Source of the DNA: Eledone cirrhosa
Lineage: Eukaryota
DNA: 64,000 nucleotides
Assembly: GCA_964016885.1 (NCBI GenBank)
Contig: OZ024741.1
Span: 29,760,001-29,824,000 of the forward strand
Direction of reading: 5' to 3'
The first letter of the stretch is position 1, and every line of letters begins with the position of its first letter. The notes beneath the pieces were generated by a model that searched no databases, had not been told where the DNA came from, and worked only from the letters and a program-made list of their open reading frames with translations. Of the stretch, positions 41,567 to 58,799 are shown in pieces. The position numbers and the translations under genes are program-made.

Positions 41567-44179
41567 TCGGTCGTATGGTTGATTTTAGACATGTTCTATG
41601 TGTGTCGGTATTTTAACGATAGTTATAGCTCTGATTTATCTGAATTATTGAGCCCTCTGCCGCTCATTTCGAATTTTGTTTATCGTGAACTCGTGCGCCG
41701 ATTTTTCGATACTCGATTATTCTACTATATTTAGCTCTAGACTTAGCTATTGACCAGTTAATTTTATTGTTCATTTTTTGTCGATTCTATTAAATGATGA
41801 ATAGCTCCTGTTTATTTTAACATGTCTATTGAGCACTCTTATTCGATATGTGTATTTCCACATTTTCCCGAATATTTTTTGCGGATATAGAAGTTATCTC
41901 CCTTGCTGAATTCCATGTGCGTTTTTTCAACTTGGGTTATGCCTTTTTATTCGTTGGAACAAAAGCTCGTTGAGGAAGTAAATTCCGGTCCGCTGCTTTC
42001 TAGAAGTCTTATATATTTTTATGTGGGCTGATAGAGGGCGGTTTAAGGATTTACAGAAACACAAGAAGCTAGATTTACCATCTTTCTAGCGGGTCCGGGT
42101 ATGCTTTTTACATTCATTTGATTTATTGATTTATTGATATTTTATCGGAGTGTCCCGAATCTTCCAGATCGTAATTTTTCGGTCGTATGGTTGATTTTAG
42201 ACATGTTCTATGTGTGTCGGTATTTTAACGATAGTTATAGCTCTGATTTATCTGAATTATTGAGCCCTCTGCCGCTCATTTCGAATTTTGTTTATCGTCA
42301 ACTCGTGCGCCTATTTTTCGATACTCGATTATTCTACTATATTTAGCTCTAGACTTACCTATTGACCAGTTAATTTTATTGTTCATTTTTTGTCGATTCT
42401 ATTAAATGATGAATAGCTCCTGTTTATTTTAACATGTCTATTGAGCACTCTTATTCGATATGTGTATTTCCACATTTTCCCGAATATTTTTTGCGGATAT
42501 AGAGGTTATCTCCCTTGCTGAATTCCATGTGCGTTTTTTCAACTTGGGTTATGCCTTTTTATTCGTTTGGACAAAAGCTCGTTGAGGAAGTAAATTCCGG
42601 TCCGCTGCTTTCTAGAAGTCTTATATATTTTTATGTGGGCTGATAGAGGGTGGTTTATAGATTTACAGAAACCCAAGAAGCTAGATTTACCATCTTTCTT
42701 GTGGGTCCGGGTATGCTTTTTACATTCATTTGATTTATTGATTTATTGATATTTTATCGGAGTGTCCCGAATCTTCCAGATCGTAATTTTTCGGTCGTAT
42801 GGTTGATTTTAGACATGTTCTATGTGTGTCGGTATTTTAACGATAGTTATAGCTCTGATTTATCTGAATTATTGAGCCCTCTGTCGCTCATTTCGAATTT
42901 TGTTTATCGTCAACTCGTGCGCCGATTTTTCGATACTCGATTATTCTACTATATTTAGCTCTAGACTTAGCTATTGACCAGTTAATTTTATTGTTCATTT
43001 TTTGTCGATTCTATTAAATGATGAATAGCTCCTGTTTATTTTAACATGTCTATTGAGCACTCTTATTCGATATGTGTATTTCCACATTTTCCCGAATATT
43101 TTTTGCGGATATAGAGGTTATCTCCCTTGCTGAATTCCATGTGCGTTTTTTCAACTTGGGTTATGTCTTTTTATTCGTTCGGACAAAAGCTCGTTGAGGA
43201 AGTAAATTCCGGTCTGCTGCTTTCTAGAAGTCTTATATATTTTTATGTGGGCTGATAGAGGGTGGTTTAAGGAATTACAGAAACCCAAGAAGCTAGATTT
43301 ACCATCTTTCTAGTGGGTCCGGGTATGCTTTTTACTTTCATTTGATTTATTGATTTATTGATATTTTATCTGAGTGTCCCGATTCTTCCAGATCGTAATT
43401 TTTCGGTCGTATGGTTGATTTTAGACATGTTCTATGTGTATCGGTATTTTAACGATAGTTATAGCTCTGATTTATCTGAATTATTGAGCCCTCTGCCGCT
43501 CATTTCGAATTATTGTTTATCGTCAACTCGTGCGCCGATTTTTCGATACTCGATTATTCTACTATATTTAGCTCTAGACTTAGCTATTGACCAGTTAATT
43601 TTATTGTTCATTTTTTGTCGATTCTATTAAATGATGAATAGCTCCTGTTTATTTTAACATGTCTATTGAGCACTCTTATTCGATATGTGTATTTCCACAT
43701 TTTCCCGAATATTTTTTGCGGATATAGAGGTTATCTTCCTTGCTGAATTCCATGTGCGTTTTTTCAACTTGGGTTATGCCTTTTTATTCGTTCGGACAAA
43801 AGCTCGTTGAGGAAGTAAATTCCGGTCCGCTGCTTTCTAGAAGTCTCATATATTTTTATGTGGGCTGATAGAGGGTGGTTTAAGGAATTACAGAAACCCA
43901 AGAAGCTAGATTTACCATCTTTCTTGTGGGTCCGGGTATGCTTTTTACATTCATTTGATTTATTGATTTATTGATATTTTATCTGAGTGTCCCGAATCTT
44001 CCAGATCGTAATTTTTCGGTCGTAGGGTTGATTTTAGACATGTTCTATGTGTGTCGGTATTTTAACGATAGTTATAGCTCTGATTTATCTGAATTATTGA
44101 GCCCTCTGCCGCTCATTTCGAATTTTGTTTATCGTGAACTCGTGCGCCGATTTTTCGATACTCGATTATTCTACTATAT
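41567..44179 (+). repeat. Tandem array of ~4.3 copies of a 612-bp monomer, each with a hammerhead-like fold (retrozyme candidate), inserted in (TA)n
   Basis: Period is 612-613 (ORF echoes at 42134, 42746, 43358, 43971). TA tracts lie at both ends. Confidence 0.9.
41965..42100 (+). ncRNA. Extended hammerhead-like motif, UUGAGGA core (family E); repeats at 42577-42712, 43189-43324, 43802-43937
   Basis: GCTCG-TTGAGGA-a-gtaaattcc-[long hairpin]-ggatttac-a-GAAAC-[cc aagaa...ttctt gtgg]-GTC-CGGGT. Confidence 0.65.
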
Positions 44180-44217
44180 ATATATAATATATATATATAT
44201 TATATATATATACTACT

Positions 44218-44318
<101 letters not shown>

Positions 44319-47300
44319 TCTTTGTTGTAGCTGAGAGCCCTTTTACTCTGATTTTCCATCTCCGTGATAGCAGGATCATCCTCTACATGAGATATGTGCT
44401 TACACACACTCACACACTTGCATCTTTATCTTTTCCACACACACATTCTCTCTTACTCAGAACTGTGCCATATCTATGTATATTTGACAAATGGGAGCAA
44501 TATATCTCAGATATAGTACATAAAGAATACAATGAACATTTACTGCAAGATACCTGGTGAGACATACAGATGTTTCAGTAACTTTGTATGCTATAAAGTG
44601 ACCTGAACTGACTGAGGCCTTACAGACTTGGTGGGAGTACACGACGAGAATTATTTCTGCCTTTCGCAGTTTGAGTTCAGATCCTGCCGAGGTCAACTTG
44701 ATGTTTCATTCTTTCGCAGTCAATAAATAAGTTCCCGACTCTGCCGCAAAATTTGTAGCATTGTTAGAGCTGCGGACAAGATGTCTTACAACATCTAACC
44801 CGGTTCTATACTTTCTGTGTTTATATTCGGCATAGAGACACAAAAACTCCCTGATGGGAAGGCTGTCGCTAATAACATACTGATAGGACGTATCAAAGGG
44901 TAGAATGATATCATGCAACACCAGCATATATCTGTAGTTTTGAAGACCAAGTCCAGCACGACAACTTTTCACCATACTAAACAAACTCACAGGCAAATGG
45001 CTCCAGTGTCTCAGAAATCTTAGAAACAACTTGGATAACGAATTAACACCCATCAATGACGGCAAAGATAAATAGGAATAAAAATTGCTTGAGGTTTTAC
45101 ATGATCATAAATTTATAAGATGCTTAATCGTGATAAGGTTTTTGCTCTCGGATAATTGACACGTCGAGATAACAGCGACATTTTATAATGATCCTGCAAC
45201 AAATATCTGTTTTCATCTCATTAATCCTAAATACAGCCACAAAAACCCGGAAGAATTTTAATATATATGATTGCAGTGGTCTTGCAGACACGAACTATAT
45301 TAAGTTGGCAACATGACAGTTCTAAATATAAATATTAAGACTGACAATGTTGAGGATTTCGTGAACTTTTTAAACAATATTCTGGAAACTCATTTGGAAA
45401 TACTTTACGCTTCATATCTTCTTGAAGCTTTTGTGCAAAATATTTCTCCCAGTTACATTTGAGAATTTGTAATAACCAAGTAATGCTAAATTGGAATATT
45501 TTGGAACGCATTTCCTTCCAAATTCTATACTACGTGTTCTCGAATAGGGACCCCCATCCCATCTCATAGAAAAAATAGTATTTATTCTTGAGTAGAAAGC
45601 TGAAATATTCGATTACAAAACAAACACAAGCCTTTGTAAATTGTTCTGTTTCAACAATCGATATTTTCGGAGTTCTGGTTTATGAGTTATGTTGGAATAT
45701 ATGTCAGTCTCATTAAGTAAGGCGAAAATTATCTCGCATTAAAATTCTCTATGTTGTTATGATTTTAGTGGTTGTTTTGTCCCGCGTTAACCCTGATACA
45801 GCAGAACTATAATGGAATGCATGTCAGGTTTTATAACCAGGTTTCTTGAGACATTATAAAAGGAGGCATTATATTATATTTCCTTCCATTTTAAAATGGC
45901 AATGTTGTGATTCGAGTGACATTTTGCTGTTGTTTCCAACATATCAGGCAAACGATTCTTCTAAGAATATTTGTCATAAACGATAATATTTTCCAACTTA
46001 CTTTGGGGAGAGACAAAAAAGCATTTGTATTTACCCAATAAATGGCATAGGCAGTGAATTTATAGACTCATTAAAATATGAGGCGGCGAATTACAAGAGT
46101 CATTAGAAGGTCAGATAGTATGCTTTGCAGTATTAGTTCCGTCTCTCCACTCTCTGAGTTCAAATCCTGCCGAAGTCAATTTCGTCTTTTAGCCTTTCTA
46201 GATCGGAAAAAAGTACCTGTCTAGTACTGGTATCGATTCCACATCTATATTTCTTTCTCACTTCCATTTCCTCACTTTCCTTATCCTTTTTTGAAAGAAA
46301 TCTGATGTATTCCGACATGGAGAAGGTTAGGTTCCGCCAGGTTTTAAAATGTTCAAGAAACGTCGTCCCAACGATTCCCTAAGGAGTACCATGCTTGCAT
46401 GTATATGATAGATTTTTGAGGGTTTTTTTTTCTGGCTGTCTGTTATCTGAGTTCAAATCCAACCGAAGTTAACTTTGCTATTTATTCTATTTGAGTCTTT
46501 CAATATATTTAACGTTCATTCCTTCTCTTATTATCCCTTTTGTCTTTCTCAAATCTGGATACATTACGCTGCAAAAAAAGGGTCATTATGGACCGCTGAC
46601 AGAGTTAATTTCACAGGAAATGGAGAAGGGTTGAACGAGAGTGTTAGCAACTAACTTTCATTGAGAGAAATATTTTATATGCTTTGGGAAGCGTGAGAAG
46701 TCGGACCGATGTGCATGCTGTGTAGCACGGCACAGACATCAAGAATGAATTACAGTAGCTGTGGGCAAAGCAAGAATATGTCAGAGAATACTAATATTTG
46801 GTTAACATTAACTATTAAATTAATACCTAGTTGATCTGGGCACCGGCAATTACATGAGCAGACAATTTATCTTAGAAAATGTTTGACGTTGAGTGTCTTA
46901 CATAGAAGAAGGAAAAAAGAAAATTACCTGCTGGCGCAATAATTTCAAGTAATCAAATATATTGGTGTAATGCCAATGGAAATTAGGCTGTCTACAGTAA
47001 AATCATGTCTCAAGAAAATGTGTGCTTAGAACTGATTCCTCTACATTTCATTTAAAAAAAAGTGTTGAAAGGTACAAAGAGAAGCAGAACAACAATAAGA
47101 AGTAATTCTTATCGCTTGAAGAACAAATGCAATATAAATAACAACTGCAGATTTCTAAGACACAGCTAATAAGAGCGAAGAGAACAATTATGAAGACAAC
47201 AAAAAAAACAAAACAACTACGACAACCACAAATCAAAAAAGACATTACATAGAGTTTATTATGTATCAGAATATATTTAATTTGAAATATTTATAGAATG

Positions 47301-47793
47301 TTAAGTTAAAATTGTCCGTAATTCCATGGAATTCTATAGGAGCAATTCCTATTGATTATTTTTGAAGATAAAAGCTTTGATGACAATGAGGATGGTAATT
47401 GTATTATTGTTGTTGTTTTTGTTGTTGTTGTTGTTGTTATTATCATCATCATCATCCTCATCAACCTTTCCATTGTCATCATTTTCAACATCATCATCAT
47501 AATTTCTGCTGTGGATTTTATGAACGTCTTTGAAGTAACTTCGTGTAGGATTTGGATTGACCATGTTTATACTAATTAAAAAATTCAAAGCTCCTTTTGG
47601 AATATGTTGCAGACAGAATTATTTTGAGAAAATAGAATCCATTCCTTTAATTTTAAAGTGGAAAAAAGAAATTTGAGTTTTGAGATTTCATCTTATTTTT
47701 GGAATATTTTACAGAGAGAACTATTTCACGTAAGTTTAGTGCAGGGTGAATATGGAAATGTCATACATTAGATGTTGTAAACATTATTCTATT

Positions 47794-49401
47794 CAGGGCG
47801 GTGAATTGGCAGCATCGGTAGAGCGTCACACACACACACACCATGCTTTGCAACACAGAGTTATGACCCTTTACGTTCTGAGTTCAAATCCGGCCTAGGT
47901 TAACTTTGCCTTTCATCCTTAAGTGATCGATAAAATAAAGTACCAGTAATACACTGATATAATTGCTGGCCTTGTGCCAAAAGTAGAAACAATTATTTTA
48001 TTCAGATTTCAGCATTGATTCTTTTCCTAGTGTAAGGATGAGAGGTATTAACCAGAACGGAAGCAACACTGATCCTGAAATCTAGGTAAATTATTGTAAA
48101 ACATTAACAGTGGGTTAAATACTGGTTTCTGATTAGGGGAAGGGAGAGTCGATTAAATCTACCCCAGTGTGTTAGGGTGCTTTATTTTATCGACCCCTTA
48201 AGGATGAAAGGTAAAGCTAATCTTGGCGGGATTTGAACTCAGACCGTAAAGGTCCGTAGCTCTATGCTGCTAACCTTATTGTCCGACGCTCTACCAATTA
48301 TGCCAAACTACCACCCTTACAGTGGTTTAAATAATGGTTTCTTATATAGGCACTAGGCCAGTAATGTTGGGGGAGGAGAAAGTAGATTAAATCGACCCCA
48401 GTGCATTACTGGTACTTTATTTATCGACCTCGTAAGGATGAAAGGCAAAGTTAACCTCGGCGGGATTTGAACTCAGATCATAAAGGGCCGTAACTCTATG
48501 CTGCAAAGCATGGCGTCCGACGCTCTCCAGATTCTGCCAAACTACCACGCTTACAATGGTTTAAATAATGACACGAAAAAAGGTTAATGAAAAATATTGA
48601 GTAAATAAACTTTTTAAAACTAAGATTATAATGAATTTGTCACCAAAACACGAATTTTATTAGGATGGCAATCCACAAAATATCTTTAGAAATAGATCGG
48701 CTTGTTGAAACCAAAATGACGTACTTAGATGAGACATATTTCAATCGCTAACACTTTCATGAGATATCGAGATATTACGAAAAATAGAAGTAGCTTTCAT
48801 TTGCCAAACGTACACAGTTGGAGAAACGAACACTAACGCATTCTATCTGACCTTCTAACGACTCAACCAAATCACCGCCTCTTTACTAAATAATTGTTTC
48901 TACGTTTGGCACAAGGCCAGCAAGTACCCAGTGCATTACTGGTACTTTATTTTATTGACCCCGTAAGGATGAAAGGCAAAGTTAACCTCGGCGAGATTTG
49001 AACTCAAAATGGCAAAGGCCGTAACTTTATACGTCAAAGCATGGCGTCCGACCCTCTACCGATACTGCCAATCCACCGTCCTCTTTACTAAATAACATGT
49101 ATGAAATACAACTTTGAACATTAACAAGCTAGAAACATTAGGTTTCAGATGGAATGATGTAACAACAGAAGTCATTTTGGTACATTTTTATTATTAATAT
49201 TAGAGGATAAATCTTGCAATTAGTTAAAAACTATCATTCGTTCAAGAATGAATAATAAAAACATTTGCACCAAAACAAGCGCCCCCACTCTCTCTCTCTC
49301 TCACACACACACAGACATATATATATATATATATGTATACATACACGTTCAAATATATATACATATATACATCTCCCCCTTTCTCTCTCTCACTATGACT
49401 C

Positions 49402-49441
<40 letters not shown>

Positions 49442-50280
49442 ATATATATATATTCAAATATATATGTATGTGTGTGTGCCTGTTTGTGTGTGTGTCTGTG
49501 CTTGTGTTTGTGTGTGTGTGTGTCTTTGTGTGTATGCACAAACACACACATATACTCACACATACAAATGTATTTAGTGTACAAATATATATTCCAGTGA
49601 ATTTAGTGTATACTAATTGTGCCATAGTGATTAACTCTTATACGTATCAATCAAACGTTTTTGTTTTTCACTACTATATATCGACACTAGTAACTAGAAG
49701 CGATACAAGACACTAATAATATTACTGTAAACTGTGAAGATAATTATGGAGTGTGTCATTTAACAGGTCTTAATGATAGAGATCGAAGAACAAAATGTCT
49801 GAGACAGGCAAGTTTGGATTCGAAAGAAATAATGTTTTCTACTATAGGCACAAGGCCAGCAATTTTGGAGATGGGGAAAGTCGATTAAATCGACCCCTGT
49901 ACATTACTGGTACTTTATTTTATCGACTCCGTAAGGATGAAAAGCAAAGTTAACCTTAGCCTTAGGCATTACAAGCTGTGCTGTATTAACTCATGGACAG
50001 GTCCTTAGACTTCCAGGCATTAAAAGCTGAGCTGGCACTTTACCTTTCACTCCACCACAGCTGGAATGGTATATTTCATTAATATAATTATTTCTACTTT
50101 TGGCACAAGGCCAGCAATTATTCAGTACATTACTGGTATTTTATTTTATCGACTCCGTAAGGATGAATGGCAAAGTTAACTTCGGCGGGATTTGAACTCA
50201 GACCGTAAAGGGCTGTAACTATATGATGCGAAGCATGTTGTCCGACGCTCTACCGATACTGCCAGTCCACTGCCAATGCG
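47794..50280. mobile_element. Cluster of tRNA-derived SINE copies (47794-47995 +; ~48120-48320, 48335-48552, 48892-49082, 49830-49960, 50088-50275 -)
   Basis: Repeated 'tactggtactttattttatcgac...gggatttgaactcag' with A/B boxes. More degraded copies lie at ~44600-44735, 46080-46240 and 57330-57420. Confidence 0.8.
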
Positions 50281-50580
50281 AAAGAAAGAATGTAAAAATT
50301 GTGTGTATATAAGAGAGAATTTTGCATGGGATGAACATTTGATGTGTATATATAATGAAGAGTGGATGAAGAGGTGTCAGAAGATGGTGGGAAACTGCTG
50401 AAACGGAAAACCAAGAAAGAACTGGGCAGTACTGATTAGAGAGAAGTGGATGAAGGATCTGAACGATGGAAGGATACTGTCACGGAAAGGGCTTGTTCAA
50501 CACATGCTTACATCACGCAACCAGTAACGCTACACCATCAGAAAAAATGGCTCTGTCTAGTTTATGTATATGTAAATCTA

Positions 50581-50620
<40 letters not shown>

Positions 50621-51392
50621 GTATCAATTTTTACCATAATATTTAACATTCTGCATCTAATAAACTTGATATATTCACTTTCTGCCTTACCCAGGCATGC
50701 TTTTATTAATATTCTGTATATTTTGCTTCATATACCCTTATTATAACACCTTTCAATGCTATGATATCTTTTTACGCCTGTATTACTCTTATGTATAACT
50801 TTCTCTATAATATGCTTATTATAATCACTTTAAGTAATAACCTCTTCATAAGAGCTGCCAATATTTTGCTATCTGTTTACTATAATATCATTTTGTTACT
50901 CTTGATTTTCAAAATGATGCCACTGACATTGTTCATTACATTATATCTTAAAGAATGTTCTAAAGAGTGGGAATGTAATTATTTGTTTAAGTATTGTGTA
51001 AGCTCCGAGACAATTATCTCCAAGAAACGATCGTCAGCAATTAAAGGTATTAAGCAAAAATTTGATTGATTTATATTTTGTATCTCTGCTCTGTAATACA
51101 TCTGATAATTTACATTGTGCTATTTCTGTTATTGGCAATCGGGTAGTACAGCATACTACCCTTTCATATTTATAATTATATATAACTCATATATAAGTAT
51201 ATATATATATTATAAAGATTCGGGGGCCCCGACGGTTGAGCTCTTTCCCTTTCAACAGCTAGTTCCGGACTCAGTTGAAACGGCAAGAGTTCAGCTGTCG
51301 GGGTTCCGATCCTTTATAAGGTAAGCATAATCTACTACCTCGTTAAGGGTGAAAGCAGCGATTGTTTGCTGAAACTTTAATCTGTTATTTTA

Positions 51393-51468
<76 letters not shown>

Positions 51469-52172
51469 TTATTAAAATAACAGATTAAAGTTTCAGCAAA
51501 GAATCGCTGCTTTCACCCTTATATATATATATATATATATGGACATATATATCTATATGGATATTTAGAGCTTTTCAAAGCTAAAACTATAAAACTATTT
51601 ATATGTTTACTGAATATCTGGACTTATAGTTGTAGTAATTTTGAATACTATAAGATTCATATGTTTATAGTTTTATAATCTTTTCTACGTAGACACAAAT
51701 TCTGTATCACTGGTTATATCTAAAGGTATCTGATCACATGTATCGATCTTTTAAGAACACACACACAAATGCATAGGCACACACCCACACACAAACATAC
51801 GCACACTTTCACACACACACACACACACACAAATATATAGGCACATACACACACACGCGCGCACACACACGCACGCACACACATATATATGTATGTATGT
51901 AGATGGATAAATAGAAGGCTTACATAATATTCTTCAGCTTATATATATCCATATATATATACAAACACATAAACAGACAGACAAACACACACACACACAT
52001 ATATATATAAACACACTTGTATGCATATAAATAAATATATATATATATATACAGATCTAGAGAGACAGGATGGTAGATAGAAAGAGTGTTACATATAGAA
52101 ATAGATAAAGTTAGATAATATATTATTTCTTCTATGGAAGAGTATATTCATATCTATATACATGAAACTTGG

Positions 52173-52215
<43 letters not shown>

Positions 52216-52968
52216 ACGCACATGCACACCTCCATAAACATACACAAACATTATATATGCGTATATATATATATAATATATGCGTATATGTATATATATA
52301 TGTATATATATATGTATATATATGATATATGCGTATATGTATATATATATATATTTACGTGTGGGTGTGTGTGTGTAAACTGGCATGTAGAATTAGAGTA
52401 GTGATCTGTAGCCTCTTAAATATTCCTGATACGGTTATGTTTTCAAAAACACTGTGGAAGTGTTGTCTTTGATCATTTTATTGTTTGTTCATAGTCTGCG
52501 ATTCCTAACTTATGTTGATACAACCCTCCTTACTGTTGCTTAGTGGCTACAAAGTAACTTGTAGAACAGCAACAACAACAACATGATGATGACGATGATG
52601 ACGATGATGATCATCATCATCATTATCATCATCATCACCATCATCGTCATCATCAGCGTCATCATCATCATCATCAAGAGTAGCAATAATACTCGCAAAA
52701 TTAAACAACAATAACAGCAACAAAAATGGCGAAAATAACATCAGCAGTAAGAGCGAGATCTGTTGTGCGTGTACGGTCGATTAAAGAAGACGGTTTGAAT
52801 ATGCAATGTAGCAAATCTGATATCTGGTGTAGGAAATATGGTGTGTATTGAAGGAAGACGACCTATCAATAAATATTTGTTGCACACAAACGAGCATCGC
52901 CTCATACCCTGGTACACACGCATGCACACACACGCACACAGACGCACACACACATATGCATACACACA

Positions 52969-53000
<32 letters not shown>

Positions 53001-53088
53001 ACTGTGCATCTCTCTCTATATATATGAAAGCACATACCCGAGTACGCAAAGACATTTGTTAAAAAAGACCAATGCAATGTTGCATAAG

Positions 53089-53145
<57 letters not shown>

Positions 53146-53242
53146 CTGTGTGTGTGTGTGTATGTGTGTATGTGTGTGTGTCTGTATGTGCATGTGTGTG
53201 TGTGCATATGTTTTTTGTGTGGGTGTATGCGTGTTTGTGTGA

Positions 53243-53289
<47 letters not shown>

Positions 53290-53839
53290 AACACACACTC
53301 ACTCACTCTCTCGCTCTCTCTCTATCTCCCTCTCTTTCTCTCACACTCACAAATATAATATATATATATATGCGTGTGTTCGCTTGTGTGTATGAAATGC
53401 TTATAAAAGGCGTAGGTATGAATGGCAGCGTGAAATGTTGCAATAGAGCAAATATATGATATAATACATATTCAAAAGACAAAGCTGAAACTGGTATATA
53501 GTAAAATGGCTATAGCTGGACATTATGGTTGTATACAATACTGGAGACTGTGATATACATGAACACGTTTTGTAACATATGAACTCAAACAGTATTAAAA
53601 GCATCAATATTGTTAGGCAGTATATGACAATGTCGTATCTAGTAAATAGTGTAGCTGATGCGTATTATTAACATATACAGATACACAATATCACCTTTGA
53701 CTACAGAAATAATACAGAAATATACACATATATATAGACAGAATATATATCATACACAAAAAAATGACTCATTTACTTGCGTGAACATATTTTCTTATAC
53801 ACACACATATATGCTTAAGTTAATGGATATATAGGCAAG

Positions 53840-53936
<97 letters not shown>

Positions 53937-53956
53937 CATTTATCTATACATCTATA

Positions 53957-54029
<73 letters not shown>

Positions 54030-54099
54030 GTATATATATATATATATATGTATCATGTATTTATATGTGTATGTAACTATATTTATATATATTTATATA

Positions 54100-54130
<31 letters not shown>

Positions 54131-54145
54131 GTATATATATGTGTA

Positions 54146-54325
<180 letters not shown>

Positions 54326-55264
54326 TCACACACATACATATGAACATATAGGAATATTTTGAATATTCTCATACATTCTTGTTTGGTGAAAATGAAAGTT
54401 TGACCAAATTAGTGTGTGGGTGTAGACTGGTGGTGGAATGTAATGTGCGTAACATAAGAAAGTCTACCGTAACACGATACATATTCGGCCATATATTAAA
54501 TAGAAGACATGACTATTATTGTTGAATATTACTCAGATATTATAGAAACGCGAACATATAAAATGTAAAAAGAATACACACACACTAAATATACAAAAGC
54601 ACGTAATGTTACTCAATAAAGTAAAAATAAAAATAAAAATAAATCAAGGGCTGACGAAGGGGATGAAACCTTCAATAAGAAACGACACCAATAGCAATAG
54701 CAATAACAACATCAATAGCTACAACATAAATATGGTCGACAAAGTAAAATGAAAGAGAGATAGTATGAAAGAAAGAAAGTATTTCGATCAAACATTTCCT
54801 CTTTCAACTTAAATAACACTTCTTATTTCATACAACCAACTGAAACCCGTTATATAAATCGATGTTTTACGCACAATGAAATGACTATTTTCAAGTGCAA
54901 TTCAAGTGATAAAAAGCCACTTGCTGTGTGAGAAAACCTAGTAAGATTATGAATGTTTGTAGACAGAATTCCTTTCGTCAATTAAACCGCCATCTTTAAC
55001 TAATACTTCTGCTATTCTTAATAACACAAAGATGTTGGCCATCTAAAAAGGTTCTTCGTTACTTTATTACTCACGCCATTAAATAAATCTGCTTGCGATA
55101 TTCAACGACCCCTTCGTCTTCTAAAACGCAGTGTGTATTGCAATAACAACTGTTTCTTTTTTTACTAACTTTCTGCTAAAGCCATCGAAATCATATGTCC
55201 ATTGTTTTCCTTAACTTCTGCTTCTACACACGTTTATTATAAATTATTAACACCAAGAAAATCA

Positions 55265-56700
<1,436 letters not shown>

Positions 56701-56789
56701 GAATTTGATACAACCTTGTTATTGATAAAATTAATATTACTTGTCGCACACTCGACGGGGACAGTTTCCCTCAAAGCTGCTTAAGGCTT

Positions 56790-57165
56790 AGATATCTCCT
56801 TCTCACAGATGATCCGTGAAACAACACGTCTTGCCAGGTCCAAGCCCAACCTTCCTATTCATGGAGATCTGGCAAACCTTCCCAACAAGCGCTTGAAATT
56901 ACGCAAACCATTCTGGGAATCAATGAAGAACCTTCAGGACAATAACCTTGATCTGAGTGGCGATGATCAGAAAGGAATCCAAATTTGCCAACCAAGACCT
57001 CGTCCAGGACCCCACATCTAAACCAGTCGGCTTTGACCATCCCAGAAAGCAATGAGTGTCGCTTAATTGGATCAGCACAACACATGCCAGGACAGATCAT
57101 CATCGCCATCGATGGAAAATAAAAGACAGCCCAGCTTGTGACTGTGGGGACCCTGACCAGAGAGT
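56790..57165 (+). mobile_element. 3' fragment of an APE-type LINE ORF2
   Basis: PNLPIHGDL...RLKLRKPFW and LNWISTTHAR...W...SPACDCG..DQ resemble the LNRLRTGHG...CDCG C-terminal domain. Confidence 0.55.
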
Positions 57166-57196
57166 AGTGCAGTTCTGGTTATCGCAATTGTCTTCC

Positions 57197-57299
<103 letters not shown>

Positions 57300-57748
57300 G
57301 AGTAAAGGAACTGTATTTAGCGGGCAGACAATTATGAAAAGCAAATTTGATTTGAACTCAGAGCTCAGAGATGGGGAATCAATACTGCGGATCATTCTAT
57401 CCAACGTTCTAACAAAGACCCAATCCGCAGACTTCGTTAGTAGCATGAATTATAGAAATTTACATCACGCTATTGGTTTCAACGCTGAATGATATGTGAG
57501 CTGTTTTAGGTGTAAATTCATAATCATTGACGAAATATAATGCATATGCTATATATGATTTAAATTAATATGACTTTGAAATATGAAATAGTAGAGATAA
57601 GCAGTAAGATTAATACCCACACAATAAACATGTTCAACTGTGGTAAAAAGAACTTCATATAAACTTAATAAATAGGAGGTTTTTAGTGAATTCACGTAGT
57701 GGTATCTGAAAATCATGTAGTGAATGTACGCACATATCCCTACACACA

Positions 57749-57794
<46 letters not shown>

Positions 57795-57968
57795 TGTGTG
57801 TGCGTGTGTGTATGAATATATATATATATATGTGTGTGTGTGTGTCTGCATGTGTAGGAGGTTGTTTGATTGCGCGCGTATGTGAATGTATTTTTTGCAT
57901 ATGTGAGCGCCTACGTGTATGTAACTATGTTCGTGTGTGGTGTGGTTTGTGTGTGTGTATGTATGTGT

Positions 57969-58003
<35 letters not shown>

Positions 58004-58599
58004 ATGTACTATATAGCTACTTACATAGATACAGGCATATATACGCTGCTGTCTACCAATTAAGAGAATGATATTTTGACGTTATAAGTTTAATGGCGGT
58101 GGATCTGTTTTATGTTCGAGAAGATGAAAGCTTTTGCGAATTATGAGATATTGCATTAAACCTATCTTACTTGTTTGACGAAAAAATTTTGAAAAATATT
58201 TATCAACATTTTTTATCTAAATCAGTGACTTGTTGTTAGATATTTTTTGTTTCTTTCTTGTCTCAGCAACATTTGAAGATACTTATATGAAGGTTGTTAA
58301 AAAGCAATAAGTATGTAGATGAGTGCGTGTGTGTGTGTGTACATGAGAGCGTATGTATATATGTGGATGTGAATGTGTGTTTGTGTGTGTGAGTATGTGT
58401 ACATACGAGCGTATGTATGTATGTGGGTATGAATGTGCGTATGCTTGTATATATATTATATATATTTGCAGGTAGTTACGTAATTATATATGTATTATTG
58501 CTTATATGAATATGTTTACATTATATATGTATAAATGTTAGTGCCTGAGCTATGTATGTGCTATATCCGCACACACACACACATTTATATATATATACA

Positions 58600-58799
<200 letters not shown>

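Noticed and set aside
41567-44179. CRISPR array or rDNA/5S cluster interpretation
   Set aside because: There are no unique spacers and no rRNA or Pol III gene similarity, and the context is eukaryotic.
44740-47050. Possible host exons in non-repetitive-looking sequence
   Set aside because: No sustained ORF or convincing splice pattern. It looks more like very old LINE debris and cannot be assigned.
47794-47900. tRNA gene
   Set aside because: A/B boxes are present but there is no cloverleaf. It is the head of a multicopy SINE.
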